A stretch of DNA of 64,000 nt from Gemmatimonadota bacterium (GTDB lineage Bacteria > Gemmatimonadota > Gemmatimonadetes > Gemmatimonadales > GWC2-71-9): NCBI GenBank assembly GCA_003222055.1, contig QHUT01000068.1, positions 25,853-89,852 on the forward strand, read 5' to 3'. Each line of letters opens with the position of its first letter. Positions within the stretch are counted from its first letter, which is position 1. The notes below the pieces were generated by a model. That model did not search any database. It was not told the DNA's origin and saw only the letters and a program-made list of their open reading frames with translations. Shown here piece after piece: positions 37,446-46,948 of the stretch. The translations under genes and the position numbers were made by a program.

Positions 37446-39115
37446 ACAGCCCTCCCCTCGCACCAGAGGGGGGAGGCAATAACCGGACCACGTGCGGTCC
37501 CGCACGCGCGACCACGGGATTGGGCGCCGACGCGGCGCGCATGTGCCGTGGCGGCACGTCCGCACTGCGGCACGTCCGCACTGCAGCAAACCGTCATCGT
37601 GTAGCTGACCAGACTCCCGGTGTCCTCACGGCCGACGGCATCGACCTCCACACCCCGGGTCGGATCGCTGCACGCGCTCGAGCTGTTGCGGTACGCCCTG
37701 AACGATGTGGCGGGGTCCGCCACCGGATCGGTAGTCAGAGTGGCCGGCGTCGTGCCGTTGTGCAGGTCGGCGTAATCGGTGCCCGTGAACCGCCCCGTGA
37801 GGTCGGCGCGGACGTCGAAGTCGAACGTCGTGGCGTCGCTCCCGGGCGTGGGTGAGCCGCTCCCGATTTGCCCCCGGCCCACGACTTCAACGCCGCCGCC
37901 GCCGCCACCACCAGTAGGACCACAGCTCACGGAGAAGGTCGTGGTCGCCGTCCCGCCCGACGGGACGGTGACGGTGCGGGGGTTCGCCCCGCTCACGGCG
38001 CAGTTCGCCGCCAGGCCGGAGAGCGCCACGGTGTGATCGCCCGCTGGGCCAGTGAACGTGACACTGCCGTTGTCGGGAATCGGCTGACTCGCCGCCCCGC
38101 CGTCCACGGACACGGTGTAGCCGTCCGGATCGAGATCCCCGGTCGCACCGCTGGTCGCGGTGGTAACGGTGAGGCTGCCGGTGCCGCCGCCCGTCGGGGC
38201 GCAGCTCACCGAGTAGCTCGTGCTCCCGGTGCTCCCCGCGGTGACCGACACGGTCCGCGAGGTGCCGCCGCTCACGCTGCAATTGGCCGCCATGCCGCTC
38301 AGCACCACGGTGTGGCTGCCCGGGGCGAGCCCGCTAAACGTCGTGGTCCCGTTGTCCCCGATAGCCCGGCTCGTGGCCCCATCCAGGGTCACGGTGTAGC
38401 CGTCGGGATCGAGATCCCCACTCGCGCCGCTCGTGGACGTGGTGACGCTGAGGCTCCCGGCGGTGGGCGCGCAACTAATGGAGAAGTCGGTGCGTGTCGT
38501 GCTACCGGCGGTAACGGAGACGGTACGTGTGTTGCCGCCGCTGACCGTACAGTTGGACGCCACGCCGCTCAATGCGACGGAGTGGCTCCCCGCTGAAAGC
38601 CCGCTGAAGGTGACACTCCCGTTCGCTCCGATGGACCTGCTCGAGCTGCCGTCGACCGAAACGGTGTAGCCATCGGGATCGACATCCCCACTCGCGCCGC
38701 TCGTGGCCGTGGTGACGGTGAGGCTGCCGGTCGTGGGCAGCGCACTGCACCCGACGGAGAAGGTCGTGGCCGCGACCACGCCGGCGATGAGCGAAACGCT
38801 GCGCGGGTTGGCCCCGCTCACCGAGCAGTTGGAGGGGACGCCCGACAGGAAAACGGTGTGACTGCCCGGCGGGAGTCCGAGGAACGTCGCGACGGCGTTG
38901 GCGCCGACGGACTGGCTGGAGGAGCCGTCCACGACGATCGTGTACCCGCCCGGCGTGTTCGAGCCCGAGGTGGTGACGGTCACGGCCAGCGTGCCGACGT
39001 CGGGCAGGCCGAGCAGCGCTCGGGGCTTGGGACTCTGGGAATCGTTACATGCGCCCGCAACCACCAGTGTGGCAGCCGCCGCTGCCACTAAGCTCCAGCC
39101 CGTCCTGCGTGCCAT
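37442..39115 (-). CDS. Secreted lipoprotein paralog with four about 90-aa tandem repeats and a 3-prime-truncated C-terminal domain (possible pseudogene)
   Basis: It has a lipobox (VVAGAC). Homology to the downstream paralog stops after ...SYTMTVC (codon at 37586-37588). The last 47 codons are Arg/Ala-rich and read through the neighbour's upstream region to an ATGA overlap. Confidence 0.7.
   Translation of the reverse strand: MARRTGWSLVAAAAATLVVAGACNDSQSPKPRALLGLPDVGTLAVTVTTSGSNTPGGYTIVVDGSSSQSVGANAVATFLGLPPGSHTVFLSGVPSNCSVSGANPRSVSLIAGVVAATTFSVGCSALPTTGSLTVTTATSGASGDVDPDGYTVSVDGSSSRSIGANGSVTFSGLSAGSHSVALSGVASNCTVSGGNTRTVSVTAGSTTRTDFSISCAPTAGSLSVTTSTSGASGDLDPDGYTVTLDGATSRAIGDNGTTTFSGLAPGSHTVVLSGMAANCSVSGGTSRTVSVTAGSTGSTSYSVSCAPTGGGTGSLTVTTATSGATGDLDPDGYTVSVDGGAASQPIPDNGSVTFTGPAGDHTVALSGLAANCAVSGANPRTVTVPSGGTATTTFSVSCGPTGGGGGGGVEVVGRGQIGSGSPTPGSDATTFDFDVRADLTGRFTGTDYADLHNGTTPATLTTDPVADPATSFRAYRNSSSACSDPTRGVEVDAVGREDTGSLVSYTMTVCCSADVPQCGRAATAHARRVGAQSRGRACGTARGPVIASPLWCEGRAV
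37551..37582. repeat. Perfect 16-bp tandem duplication (GCGGCACGTCCGCACT x2) at the homology breakpoint
   Basis: The two copies are 37551-37566 and 37567-37582, directly next to the last homologous codon. Confidence 0.9.
37916..38995 (-). repeat. Four in-frame tandem coding repeats of about 265-280 bp
   Basis: The unit consensus is GSLTVTTATSGASGDxDPDGYTVSVDGxxSRSIGxNGSVTFSGLxxGSHxVxLSGxAxNCxVSGGxxRTVSVTAGST..SxSC. Confidence 0.85.
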
Positions 39116-39313
39116 CGTCGCACCCTCGCGCATGTCGTTCGTGCCGCCACAACGCCGTGTAAGCAGGGGGTGGGCAAAAACCGGACCGACCCGTGGTGCG
39201 GCGGAGACAGGTCGCGCGTGGCGTTCCGGTGCGGCGCCCCAGAGCCGCACTCTGCGGCGCGTACGCGCCGTGGCCGGTGCGCAGCAGCGCGCCTCTGCAC
39301 TGCTGCGGAGGGC

Positions 39314-40219
39314 TCAGCCGCGATCCAGATCGCGAAAGTCCCGATCGCTGAGCTCGAGCAACGCCCCCGCGACGTTCTCTTCGACGTGCTGGACGCTCGA
39401 CGTGCCGGGAATGGGGAGCATCACGGGCGAGCGTTTGAGCAGCCACGCGAGCGCCACCTGCGCGGGCGTCGCGCGCAGGCTCGTGGCGACGCGCGCCACC
39501 GGGCCGCGCCGCTTCGCGAGATCGCCCGCGAACAGGGGGAACCACGGGATGAAGGCGATGCCCTCGCGCTCGCAATAGTCGAGGACCAGCTCCGGCGGCT
39601 GCGGGTTCATCACGCCGGCGGACGGCGGCGCCTGGTGACGCTCCACGAGGTTGTACCGGTTCTGCACGGATGCGATCGGCACGAGCTTGCGAGCGCGCTC
39701 GATGTCCGCCACGGACACCTCCGACAGCCCGATGTGACGGACCTTCCCCTGTTGCTGGAGATCCCGCAGGGTGCCGAGTTGATCGTCGAACGGCACGGCG
39801 GGATCGATGCGGTGCAACTGGTATAGCTCGATGCGCTCGAGCCTCAGGCGGCGCAAGCTGCCCTCACAGGCGGCGCGCAGGTGCTCCGGTCGACCGTTCG
39901 GCGTCCACTGATCGGGGCCGGGGCGCTCGAGGCCCCCCTTGGTGGCGATCACCAGGTCGGGTGGATAGGGATAGAGGGCCTCCGCGATGAGGCGCTCGCT
40001 CACCGCCGGGCCGTAGGAGTCGGCGGTATCGATCAGATTGATGCCGAGCTCGAGCGCCCGTCGCAGCACGGCGATCGCCTCGCCGTGGTCGCGCGGCTCG
40101 CCCCAGATTCCCTTCCCCGTGAGCCGCATGGCGCCGAAGCCCAACCGATAGACGGGGCGATCTCCGCCCAAGAGGAAGCTGCCGCTGTGCGCGACCAGAA
40201 AATCGAGTGATTGTGTCAT
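39314..40219 (-). CDS. Aldo/keto reductase
   Basis: It has [22 protein letters not shown] and QNRYNL motifs. ATG at 40219. Confidence 0.9.
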   Translation of the reverse strand: MTQSLDFLVAHSGSFLLGGDRPVYRLGFGAMRLTGKGIWGEPRDHGEAIAVLRRALELGINLIDTADSYGPAVSERLIAEALYPYPPDLVIATKGGLERPGPDQWTPNGRPEHLRAACEGSLRRLRLERIELYQLHRIDPAVPFDDQLGTLRDLQQQGKVRHIGLSEVSVADIERARKLVPIASVQNRYNLVERHQAPPSAGVMNPQPPELVLDYCEREGIAFIPWFPLFAGDLAKRRGPVARVATSLRATPAQVALAWLLKRSPVMLPIPGTSSVQHVEENVAGALLELSDRDFRDLDRG

Positions 40220-40427
40220 ACCGGTCCCAAACCTGTGGGTGTCGTGAAACAACGCCGAACGTGAGTGACCTCCGGACGCTGTAACCGCACCGGACCTGGC
40301 TCGGTTCCGCCGTTGCGCCCCGATGCTGCGAGGGCGCCACACCTTTTGGCCCTCCGCCGTTGCCTTCCGAGTGGCACCGCTCTTGCTTCTCGTCAACACG
40401 GAGACAGTGAGTCGAGGGCTCGGGAGT

Positions 40428-40988
40428 ATGCACAGCAGCAATCACCGGCACGTCACAGGCGTCGCACTCAGCGCGCGGGCAGGCGTGGCCGGCAGCGTGC
40501 TCCTGCTGATGCTCTCGGCCTGCGCCATCTCCCATCGCACGGCGCTCGACCGGGTCCCGCTCACGCCTGCGTCCGATCACGTCCTGGCCGGGCGGCTCGC
40601 CACAGCTGACGTCGTCGTGGCGGGCGTCCTGACCAGAGCGCAACGCGACATCCGCTACGAGGCCCCGTGCGGGATCATCGCGCACATCATGCGCCGCTGT
40701 GACGAGACGCAGGCGTACGACGCGCGGATTCGAGCGTTCGACGGACACGAGTGGAGCCTGATGTTCTTCCGGCTCGGCCCCGGGCCGCACCCGGCGCTGG
40801 GCGACTCGGCCGTGTGGGTGCTGCACCGCGACGCCGTCTATCCCTATCTGGTGTGCGCGCAGCGCGCCGCGCTCACGAGCACGGGCTGCGTGAGCGAGCC
40901 ATCGTTCATCCTGGAATCGGACGACGACGTCCTGCCGTTGAGCGAGTGGCCGCGGGTGCAGCGCCTGCTCCAAGCGCTCAATCTGTAG
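40428..40988 (+). CDS. Hypothetical lipoprotein
   Basis: It has a lipobox (LLMLSAC), and the ORF is clean. Confidence 0.55.
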   Translation: MHSSNHRHVTGVALSARAGVAGSVLLLMLSACAISHRTALDRVPLTPASDHVLAGRLATADVVVAGVLTRAQRDIRYEAPCGIIAHIMRRCDETQAYDARIRAFDGHEWSLMFFRLGPGPHPALGDSAVWVLHRDAVYPYLVCAQRAALTSTGCVSEPSFILESDDDVLPLSEWPRVQRLLQALNL

Positions 40989-41113
40989 CGCCGGGCCCCG
41001 CGAAGTCCCGCAGGCCCCCCCTTCCCCGCCCCCCGCCCCGCCGTCCCCTATCGCGCCGGTGCCCCGGGAGCCGTATCATCTCATGCGGGCCAGGCGACTG
41101 AGCGGGACGACTC

Positions 41114-41635
41114 ATGAGCGAAAAGAGCTTGGAGAAACTGCGCGCGCTCTTGAAGACCTACGCGGAGCGCACGGGCGCGGGCGCGGCGCCGGGGGCAGGG
41201 GCGGGGGCGGGAGGAGGGGCGGGCGGGGTGAAGCCCACCCACGACGAAAGCGAGCGTCGCCGACGCGCCTGCGGCGACCGGCTCCAGAAGGTGGTGCGCG
41301 CGGTGCTCGACCGCGTCGTCGACGAGCTCAAGAACGCCGGGCACGAGGCGGTGATTGAGGACCAGAGCGCCACCGCGGGTGCCTATCCCAGCCTGGAGCT
41401 GGCGTTCACGCCGCGCTCGCCGGAGGGCGCGGCGCTGGCCTCGGTGCTCACCTTCCGGTGTGATCCACGCCGCGGCGTCGCCGTGGCGCGCGACATCAAG
41501 CCCTCCCCTGCCAAAGGCCGTGTGGTCACGACCAGCAGCGACCGCATCGGGACGATGAAGGTGGAGGCCGTGTCGGTGGAGTGGGTCGAGACCAAGACGT
41601 TGAGCTTCGTCGAGGCGGTGCTGAAGGTCAACTGA
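41114..41635 (+). CDS. Hypothetical protein with a Gly/Ala-rich N-terminal linker
   Basis: The ORF is clean and I recognise no motif. Confidence 0.55.
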   Translation: MSEKSLEKLRALLKTYAERTGAGAAPGAGAGAGGGAGGVKPTHDESERRRRACGDRLQKVVRAVLDRVVDELKNAGHEAVIEDQSATAGAYPSLELAFTPRSPEGAALASVLTFRCDPRRGVAVARDIKPSPAKGRVVTTSSDRIGTMKVEAVSVEWVETKTLSFVEAVLKVN

Positions 41636-43196
41636 CCGTGGCTGTCCGATCGCGCTCCTTGAGCAACCGCCGCAGAATCTTGCCGGATGGCGACTTAGGG
41701 ATCGCGTCGATCAGCTCGATCACCCGGATCTTCTTGTAGGGCGCGACGTGCTCGGCCACGTACGCGAGCAGCGCCGCGGGCGACGTCTCTCCTTTCAGGA
41801 CCACGAACGCCTTGGGGACCTCGCCGCACTCGTCGTCGGGCATGGGGATCACCGCGGCGTCTGCCACGGCCGGGTGGGTGCGCAGCACTGCTTCCAGCTC
41901 GGCCGGAGGCACCTGGAAGCCCTTGTACTTGATCAACTCCTTCAACCGGTCCACGATCGTGAAGTAGCCGTCCGCGTCCACACGTCCGATGTCGCCGGTG
42001 TGGAGCCAGCCGTCGGCGTCGAGCGTGGCTGCCGTCGCCTCCGGGTTGTTCAGGTAGCCGAGCATCACCTGGGGCCCCCGGATCAACAGCTCTCCATCCT
42101 CTTCCAGGCCCAGGTCCGCTCCCGTCGTCGCATCGACGACGCGGCACTGCGTGTTGGGCAGGAGCAGGCCCACGGTTCCCGGTTTGGCCTTGCCGGGCTC
42201 GTCCGGGTTCGCGTGGGTCACGGGACTGGCTTCGGTCAGCCCATATCCCTGGATGAGACGGCAGCCGACACGCCGGGCGCACGCGGTCTCGAGGGCGGCG
42301 TCGAGTGGCGCGGCGCCGGACATCATGCGGCTTACGCTCGACAGGTCGTAGCGGTCCACGGCCGGGTGTTTCGCGAGCGCGAGCACCAGCGGCGGCACGA
42401 CGAACGCCCGCGTGATGCGATACTGCTGCAGGGCGCCGAGGAACGGCTCCAGGTCGAACTTCGGCATCGTCACGAGGGTCGCGCCCCGCCACAGCGCCAG
42501 GTTCAGGACCACCTGCATGCCGTAGATGTGAAAGAACGGCAGCACCGCGATGACGCGATCCTGCTCCACGATCGTGTGCACCGGGTCCGTCTGGAGCAGG
42601 TTGGCGACGAGATTGCGATGCGTGAGCATGACGCCTTTGGGGAATCCCGTCGTGCCGCTCGAGTACGGCAGCGCCGCCAGGTGCGTCGCGGGATCGATCG
42701 ACACGTGGGGCACGGGCGCGTCGTGCTCGAGCAGCGCGGCGAACGGCGTGGCCCCGCGCGCGCTCCCGATCGCGAAGACCTCTTCGATCCCCAGTTGCTG
42801 CGCCACCGGCGCCGCCCGGTCCATGAACGCAGGCACCGTCACGAGGAACCGGGCGCGCGCATCGCGCAGCTGGAACGCCGCGTCCTGGACCGTGCAGAGG
42901 GAGTTGATCGTCGTCACGACGCCGCCGGCCGCGAGCGTGCCGTGGAAGGCGAGGGCGAACTCGGGCGCGTTGGGCATGAACAAGCCGAGCACGTCGCCAG
43001 GGCGGAACCCCCGCGCGGCCAGGCCGGCGGCGACGCGGGAGACCCCGGCGGCGAGCGCGGCGTAGCTGAGCGACCGACCGCTCGCCGCGTCGACCAGCGC
43101 GGGCTTGTCGCCCAGCGCCGCGGCCCCGCGGAGGACGAACTCGTGCAGCGTGACGTCCGGTACCGCGACGTCGGGATGCGGACTCTTGAAGATCAC
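41628..43196 (-). CDS. AMP-dependent acyl-CoA/4-coumarate-CoA ligase family
   Basis: The AMP-binding motif is LPYSSGTTGFPKGVMLTHRNL, and GYGLTE and GDIG...DGYF..DRLKELIKYKG are also present. Confidence 0.9.
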   Translation of the reverse strand: MIFKSPHPDVAVPDVTLHEFVLRGAAALGDKPALVDAASGRSLSYAALAAGVSRVAAGLAARGFRPGDVLGLFMPNAPEFALAFHGTLAAGGVVTTINSLCTVQDAAFQLRDARARFLVTVPAFMDRAAPVAQQLGIEEVFAIGSARGATPFAALLEHDAPVPHVSIDPATHLAALPYSSGTTGFPKGVMLTHRNLVANLLQTDPVHTIVEQDRVIAVLPFFHIYGMQVVLNLALWRGATLVTMPKFDLEPFLGALQQYRITRAFVVPPLVLALAKHPAVDRYDLSSVSRMMSGAAPLDAALETACARRVGCRLIQGYGLTEASPVTHANPDEPGKAKPGTVGLLLPNTQCRVVDATTGADLGLEEDGELLIRGPQVMLGYLNNPEATAATLDADGWLHTGDIGRVDADGYFTIVDRLKELIKYKGFQVPPAELEAVLRTHPAVADAAVIPMPDDECGEVPKAFVVLKGETSPAALLAYVAEHVAPYKKIRVIELIDAIPKSPSGKILRRLLKERDRTATVS

Positions 43197-43340
43197 GCGC
43201 GATCAGGCGGCCGCCGGCTCGCGGGCTGACAACGCCTGCCCCGCAGGTGATGTACGGCCGGGCCGGCGGCGCGTCAAGCGCGGGCGCACCCAGCGGGGGT
43301 GCGTTACCTTTGCCTCACCCCTCACGTGCGGAGGCGTCCA

Positions 43341-43976
43341 GTGAAGACAAGCGTGTACCAGAGCGTGGCGCTCCTGACGCTCTGCTCGGCCGCGTGCGGC
43401 GGCGGCTCCCGTCCGGCACCCGTCCCCGTCCCGGCGCGACTCGACCTGCGGCCGTACGGTCGTCTGGGCCTGGTCACGTTCAGCGTGGAAAACGCCAAAG
43501 GCTCGCTGCACCAGTTCGCGACCGACCGGTTCTCGGAAGAGATCCTGGCCGCACAGCCCGGCACGGAGGTGCTCGAGCTCGGCTCCGCCGACTCGCTGGT
43601 GAGGCGCGTGGGCGAGCAAGAGTTGGGCATCGCCGCGGCCCAGGAGCTGGGCAAGCAGCGTGACATCGGCGCCGTGTTCGCGGGCCACCTCAAGGTCACG
43701 AACCCGCAGGCGGGCGGCGGGCTCGCCGGCCTCGTGACGCCGCACCTCGACGCCACGGTGCGGCTGGACCTCACGGTGCGACTGCTCTCGACCCGCTCCG
43801 GCGCGACCCTGTGGCGCTCCAGTGCGTGGGCGACCGACAAGGTCGGTCATGTGGCGCTCGTGGACGGGCAGCTGTTTTTCGGGGCCAAGGACCCGAAGGA
43901 AGCGTACGGCAGGATGGTGAACCGTCTGATCGAGCTCGTCACGCAGGATCTGCGGCCCACGTGGCGACAGCCGTGA
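43341..43976 (+). CDS. Hypothetical lipoprotein
   Basis: GTG start with a lipobox (LLTLCSAAC). Its stop overlaps the msrA GTG. Confidence 0.6.
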   Translation: MKTSVYQSVALLTLCSAACGGGSRPAPVPVPARLDLRPYGRLGLVTFSVENAKGSLHQFATDRFSEEILAAQPGTEVLELGSADSLVRRVGEQELGIAAAQELGKQRDIGAVFAGHLKVTNPQAGGGLAGLVTPHLDATVRLDLTVRLLSTRSGATLWRSSAWATDKVGHVALVDGQLFFGAKDPKEAYGRMVNRLIELVTQDLRPTWRQP

Positions 43977-44590
43977 GGGCGCGTGTGCTGCTGCTGGCGG
44001 GACTCACGGCGGCGGCCGGACCGAGCGCCGCCCAGACACGCGCGTCTGCCGGTAAGGCCGACACAGCCGTGTTCGCCGGGGGTTGCTTCTGGGGCGTCGA
44101 CGCCGTGTTCCGCCATGTGCGCGGCGTGACCGGCGTCGTGTCCGGCTATTCAGGGGGCGGTGCCGCGACCGCGCGCTACGACGTCGTCAGCACGTCGACC
44201 ACGGGCCACGCCGAGTCGGTCGAGGTAGCGTTCGACCCGGCGCGGGTGTCGTACGAGCAACTGCTGCGGGTGTTCTTCACCGTGGCGCACGACCCCACCG
44301 AGCGCGATCGCCAGGGGCCGGACGAGGGCACCCAGTACCGCTCCGTCGTGTTCTACCGCACGCCCGAGCAGCTGCGAGCGGCGCGCGCCATGATCGCGGG
44401 ACTGGAGCACGACGCGGCCTACCCCCGCCCGATCGCGACGGAGGTAGTGCCGTTCGAGCGTTTCTACGCGGCGGAAGCGTATCACCAGGACTACCTGGCC
44501 CACCACCGCACCAGCCCGTACATCGTCTACTACGACCTGCCCAAGCTGAAACGGCTCGAGGAGCGGTTCCCGACCCTATACCGGCCGTAA
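43973..44590 (+). CDS. msrA: Peptide-methionine (S)-S-oxide reductase with signal peptide
   Basis: It has GGCFWGVDAVF, GHAESVEV and YHQDYL motifs. Confidence 0.9.
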   Translation: MRARVLLLAGLTAAAGPSAAQTRASAGKADTAVFAGGCFWGVDAVFRHVRGVTGVVSGYSGGGAATARYDVVSTSTTGHAESVEVAFDPARVSYEQLLRVFFTVAHDPTERDRQGPDEGTQYRSVVFYRTPEQLRAARAMIAGLEHDAAYPRPIATEVVPFERFYAAEAYHQDYLAHHRTSPYIVYYDLPKLKRLEERFPTLYRP

Positions 44591-44606
44591 CCGCCCGCGC
44601 GTCCCG

Positions 44607-45110
44607 TCAGCGTTTCTGAATGTCCCCCACGACCGTGCCGTCGGCGTGGAACCCATTCTCCCGAATGTCGATGCTGAAGGTGTCCGTGCCAAGGCCGGTC
44701 ACCCCGTTGTCGCACGCCTTCACGGTGAAGTGTGCGGTGCTCATGACGCCCTCGTCGAGGAACGGGCCGACCGCGTCGAACTCGGCTCCGTGGCTCGGCG
44801 TGGCGCAAAAACTCGAGCTCGAGCGGAACGCAGTGAACGAGCTCGCGTCCAGCATGTCCCCGCTCGCGTCCATGGCATGGAACCTCCCGTGCACGCCCGA
44901 CGCGTCGGACGTGACGTCGAAGCTGAACGTAATCACGCCACCCTCCGGGATGGTGCCCGTTCCCGATATCTCTCCGGTCTGGGGCGGCGGCGGCTGGTTC
45001 CACGCTTGCAGCTTGGGACTCAGTGGATCACGTGCATCGGTACATGCGGCGGCGAGTACCAGCAGCGCGGCGGCCGCCGCGGACGCGCCACGCGAAATGG
45101 TGGGCTTCAT
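44607..45110 (-). CDS. Secreted lipoprotein carrying only the conserved C-terminal domain (family member 3)
   Basis: It has a lipobox (LAAAC), then ITFSFDVTSDASG...FDAVG...KACDNGVTGLGTDTFSIDI...GTVVGDIQKR. Confidence 0.7.
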   Translation of the reverse strand: MKPTISRGASAAAAALLVLAAACTDARDPLSPKLQAWNQPPPPQTGEISGTGTIPEGGVITFSFDVTSDASGVHGRFHAMDASGDMLDASSFTAFRSSSSFCATPSHGAEFDAVGPFLDEGVMSTAHFTVKACDNGVTGLGTDTFSIDIRENGFHADGTVVGDIQKR

Positions 45111-45262
45111 GGAGCTCCCCTCCTGGAGCGACGGGTTCGGGAGCCCCTGCGGCAAAACGCGGACCGGCTGTCGTGTGCGCAACACCGAGCGACGCGACGT
45201 CCGGACGCGGCGCAGCCGCATCGCCCGCTGCTGCGCGGACGTGTCGTCGCGCGCGAACGGCA

Positions 45263-46801
45263 TCACACCGGATGGGCGTGGCTCGTGCGCAGCACCGTCG
45301 CGATCGTATCGGCCTCGGCGGCATGCTTGTCGGGCCGGTAGCGCACCACGCGGGCGAACCGCAGCGCGACGCCGCCGGGATACTGCGGGCTCGTCTGCAC
45401 GTCGTTGAAGGCGACCTCGACCACGAGCTCGGGACGCACGTACACCGTGTGGTCGTCACGCGACGTTTCGAGCGCGAGGAGGCGGGCCGTCTGCCACGCG
45501 AGCATCTCGTCGGTCATGCCCTTGAAGGTCTTGCCCAACATGACGAAGTCCCCCGTGTCCGGGGCCCGGGCGCCCAGGTGCAGGTTCGAGAGCCGGCCGT
45601 GACGGCGTCCATGTCCCCACTCGGCGGCGAGTACGACGAGGTCGAGCGTGTGCGCCGGCTTTACCTTGAGCCACGCCGCCCCGCGCGCGCCCGCGTCGTA
45701 GCGCGCCTCGAGCGCTTTGGCCATCAGGCCTTCCTGACCGGCCGCGATCGCCTGCTCGAGAAACCGCGTTGCCAGGGGCGGGTCTCGAGTCACGAGGCGC
45801 GGCACCCGGGCCTCGGGCGGGACGAGCTGCTCGAGCGCGGCGAATCGCCTGGTATACGGCTCGTCCAACAGGACGGCGCCGTCGGCGTACAGGACGTCGA
45901 AGAAGAACGCCGCGAGCGGCAGCTCGGCGCGTAGTCGCTCCACGTCGCGCTTCCGTCCGAAGCGGCGCATCGTCACCTGAAACGGGAAGGGCGTGCCGTC
46001 CGGCCGCAGGGCGATCGCCTCGCCGTCGAGGATGGCTTCGCGCAGGGGGAATCGCCGCACGGCTTCCACCACGTCCGGCACCGCCGCGGTCACGTCATTC
46101 AGCTGGCGCGTGAACACTCGCACCTCTGCTCCCGCCCGGTGCACCTGGATGCGGGCGCCGTCGAGCTTGTATTCGAACGCCGCTTCGCCCAACTGCGCGA
46201 GCGCGGCCGCGACGTCGTCGGCCGCCTGCGCGAGCATCGGCTGGAGCGGGCGGAACAGCTCCAGGCGAAACCGCGCCAGCCCGGCGGCGCCGTCCGTGAG
46301 CGCGGCGTGCGCCACCACACCCAGGTCGCCCGCGAGCATGGCGGCGCGCCGCACACCCTCGGGATCGAGTCCCGTCGCACGGGCCACGGCCTCGACCATC
46401 AGTCCTTCCAACGCCCCCTGACGCAGCTCGCCGATCAGCAGGCGGAACAGGAATTCCTGCTCCTCCGGAGTGCCCTGCGCGAACAGCTCACGTAACAGTC
46501 GGTCCTTCGCCGCGGCGGAGCCTTGGCCCGTGGTCCGAGCCACCCGCCCGAGCGCGGCGTCCAGCGTGGCCAGCTCGAGGGTGGGACGGTCCGACGCCCG
46601 CTCGGGCCGCGCCGCCCGGAGCGCGGCGTACCCCACGCCGATCCGTCCCTGGCGCAGCGACCCAGACAGAGCGGCGATCGCCGTCTCGATTTCGTCCGCC
46701 GCCGTCCGTTTCAGCAGGGCGGCCAGCAAGTCGATCTTCGCGCGCCGGCCGCCCGTCGCGGCGACCTGGTGGGACGTGGTGACGAGCTCGTGAAGCTTCA
46801 C
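45263..46801 (-). CDS. ATP-dependent DNA ligase (three-domain, archaeal/eukaryote-like)
   Basis: The adenylation motif is FEYKLDGARIQVH, with further NTase/OB motifs (LDGEAI, EGLMAK, WLKVKP). I prefer GTG 46801 (VKLHELVTTSHQVAATGGRRAKIDLLAALL) over ATG 46897. Confidence 0.9.
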   Translation of the reverse strand: MKLHELVTTSHQVAATGGRRAKIDLLAALLKRTAADEIETAIAALSGSLRQGRIGVGYAALRAARPERASDRPTLELATLDAALGRVARTTGQGSAAAKDRLLRELFAQGTPEEQEFLFRLLIGELRQGALEGLMVEAVARATGLDPEGVRRAAMLAGDLGVVAHAALTDGAAGLARFRLELFRPLQPMLAQAADDVAAALAQLGEAAFEYKLDGARIQVHRAGAEVRVFTRQLNDVTAAVPDVVEAVRRFPLREAILDGEAIALRPDGTPFPFQVTMRRFGRKRDVERLRAELPLAAFFFDVLYADGAVLLDEPYTRRFAALEQLVPPEARVPRLVTRDPPLATRFLEQAIAAGQEGLMAKALEARYDAGARGAAWLKVKPAHTLDLVVLAAEWGHGRRHGRLSNLHLGARAPDTGDFVMLGKTFKGMTDEMLAWQTARLLALETSRDDHTVYVRPELVVEVAFNDVQTSPQYPGGVALRFARVVRYRPDKHAAEADTIATVLRTSHAHPV

Positions 46802-46938
46802 TGCACCATGCCGAATCGCCTGTTCCGGGCGGTCATCTTGTAGATGAGCCAGATCTCGCGCACCGTCTTGTGGTGGCGCGCGAGCCAGGCGCGCCACTCG
46901 CGGCGGTTCCTGGCGTAGAAGGTTTTTCCGACTTTCAT
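46798..46938 (-). pseudogene. 46-codon remnant resembling the N-terminus of YdeI/OmdA-like proteins
   Basis: The translation is MKVGKTFYARNRREWRAWLARHHKTVREIWLIYK, followed by an unrelated tail. Its TGA overlaps the ligase GTG. It falls below the ORF-track size cutoff, and the family assignment is from memory. Confidence 0.4.
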
Positions 46939-46948
46939 TTATGGCTCC

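Noticed and set aside
46870-46948. GTG 46870 as the serine-hydrolase start.
   Set aside because: It would give a leader (MVAREPGAPLAAVPGVEGFSDFHLWLHDDESY) that does not resemble a signal peptide, and it overlaps the minus-strand remnant ORF. I keep it only as an alternative.
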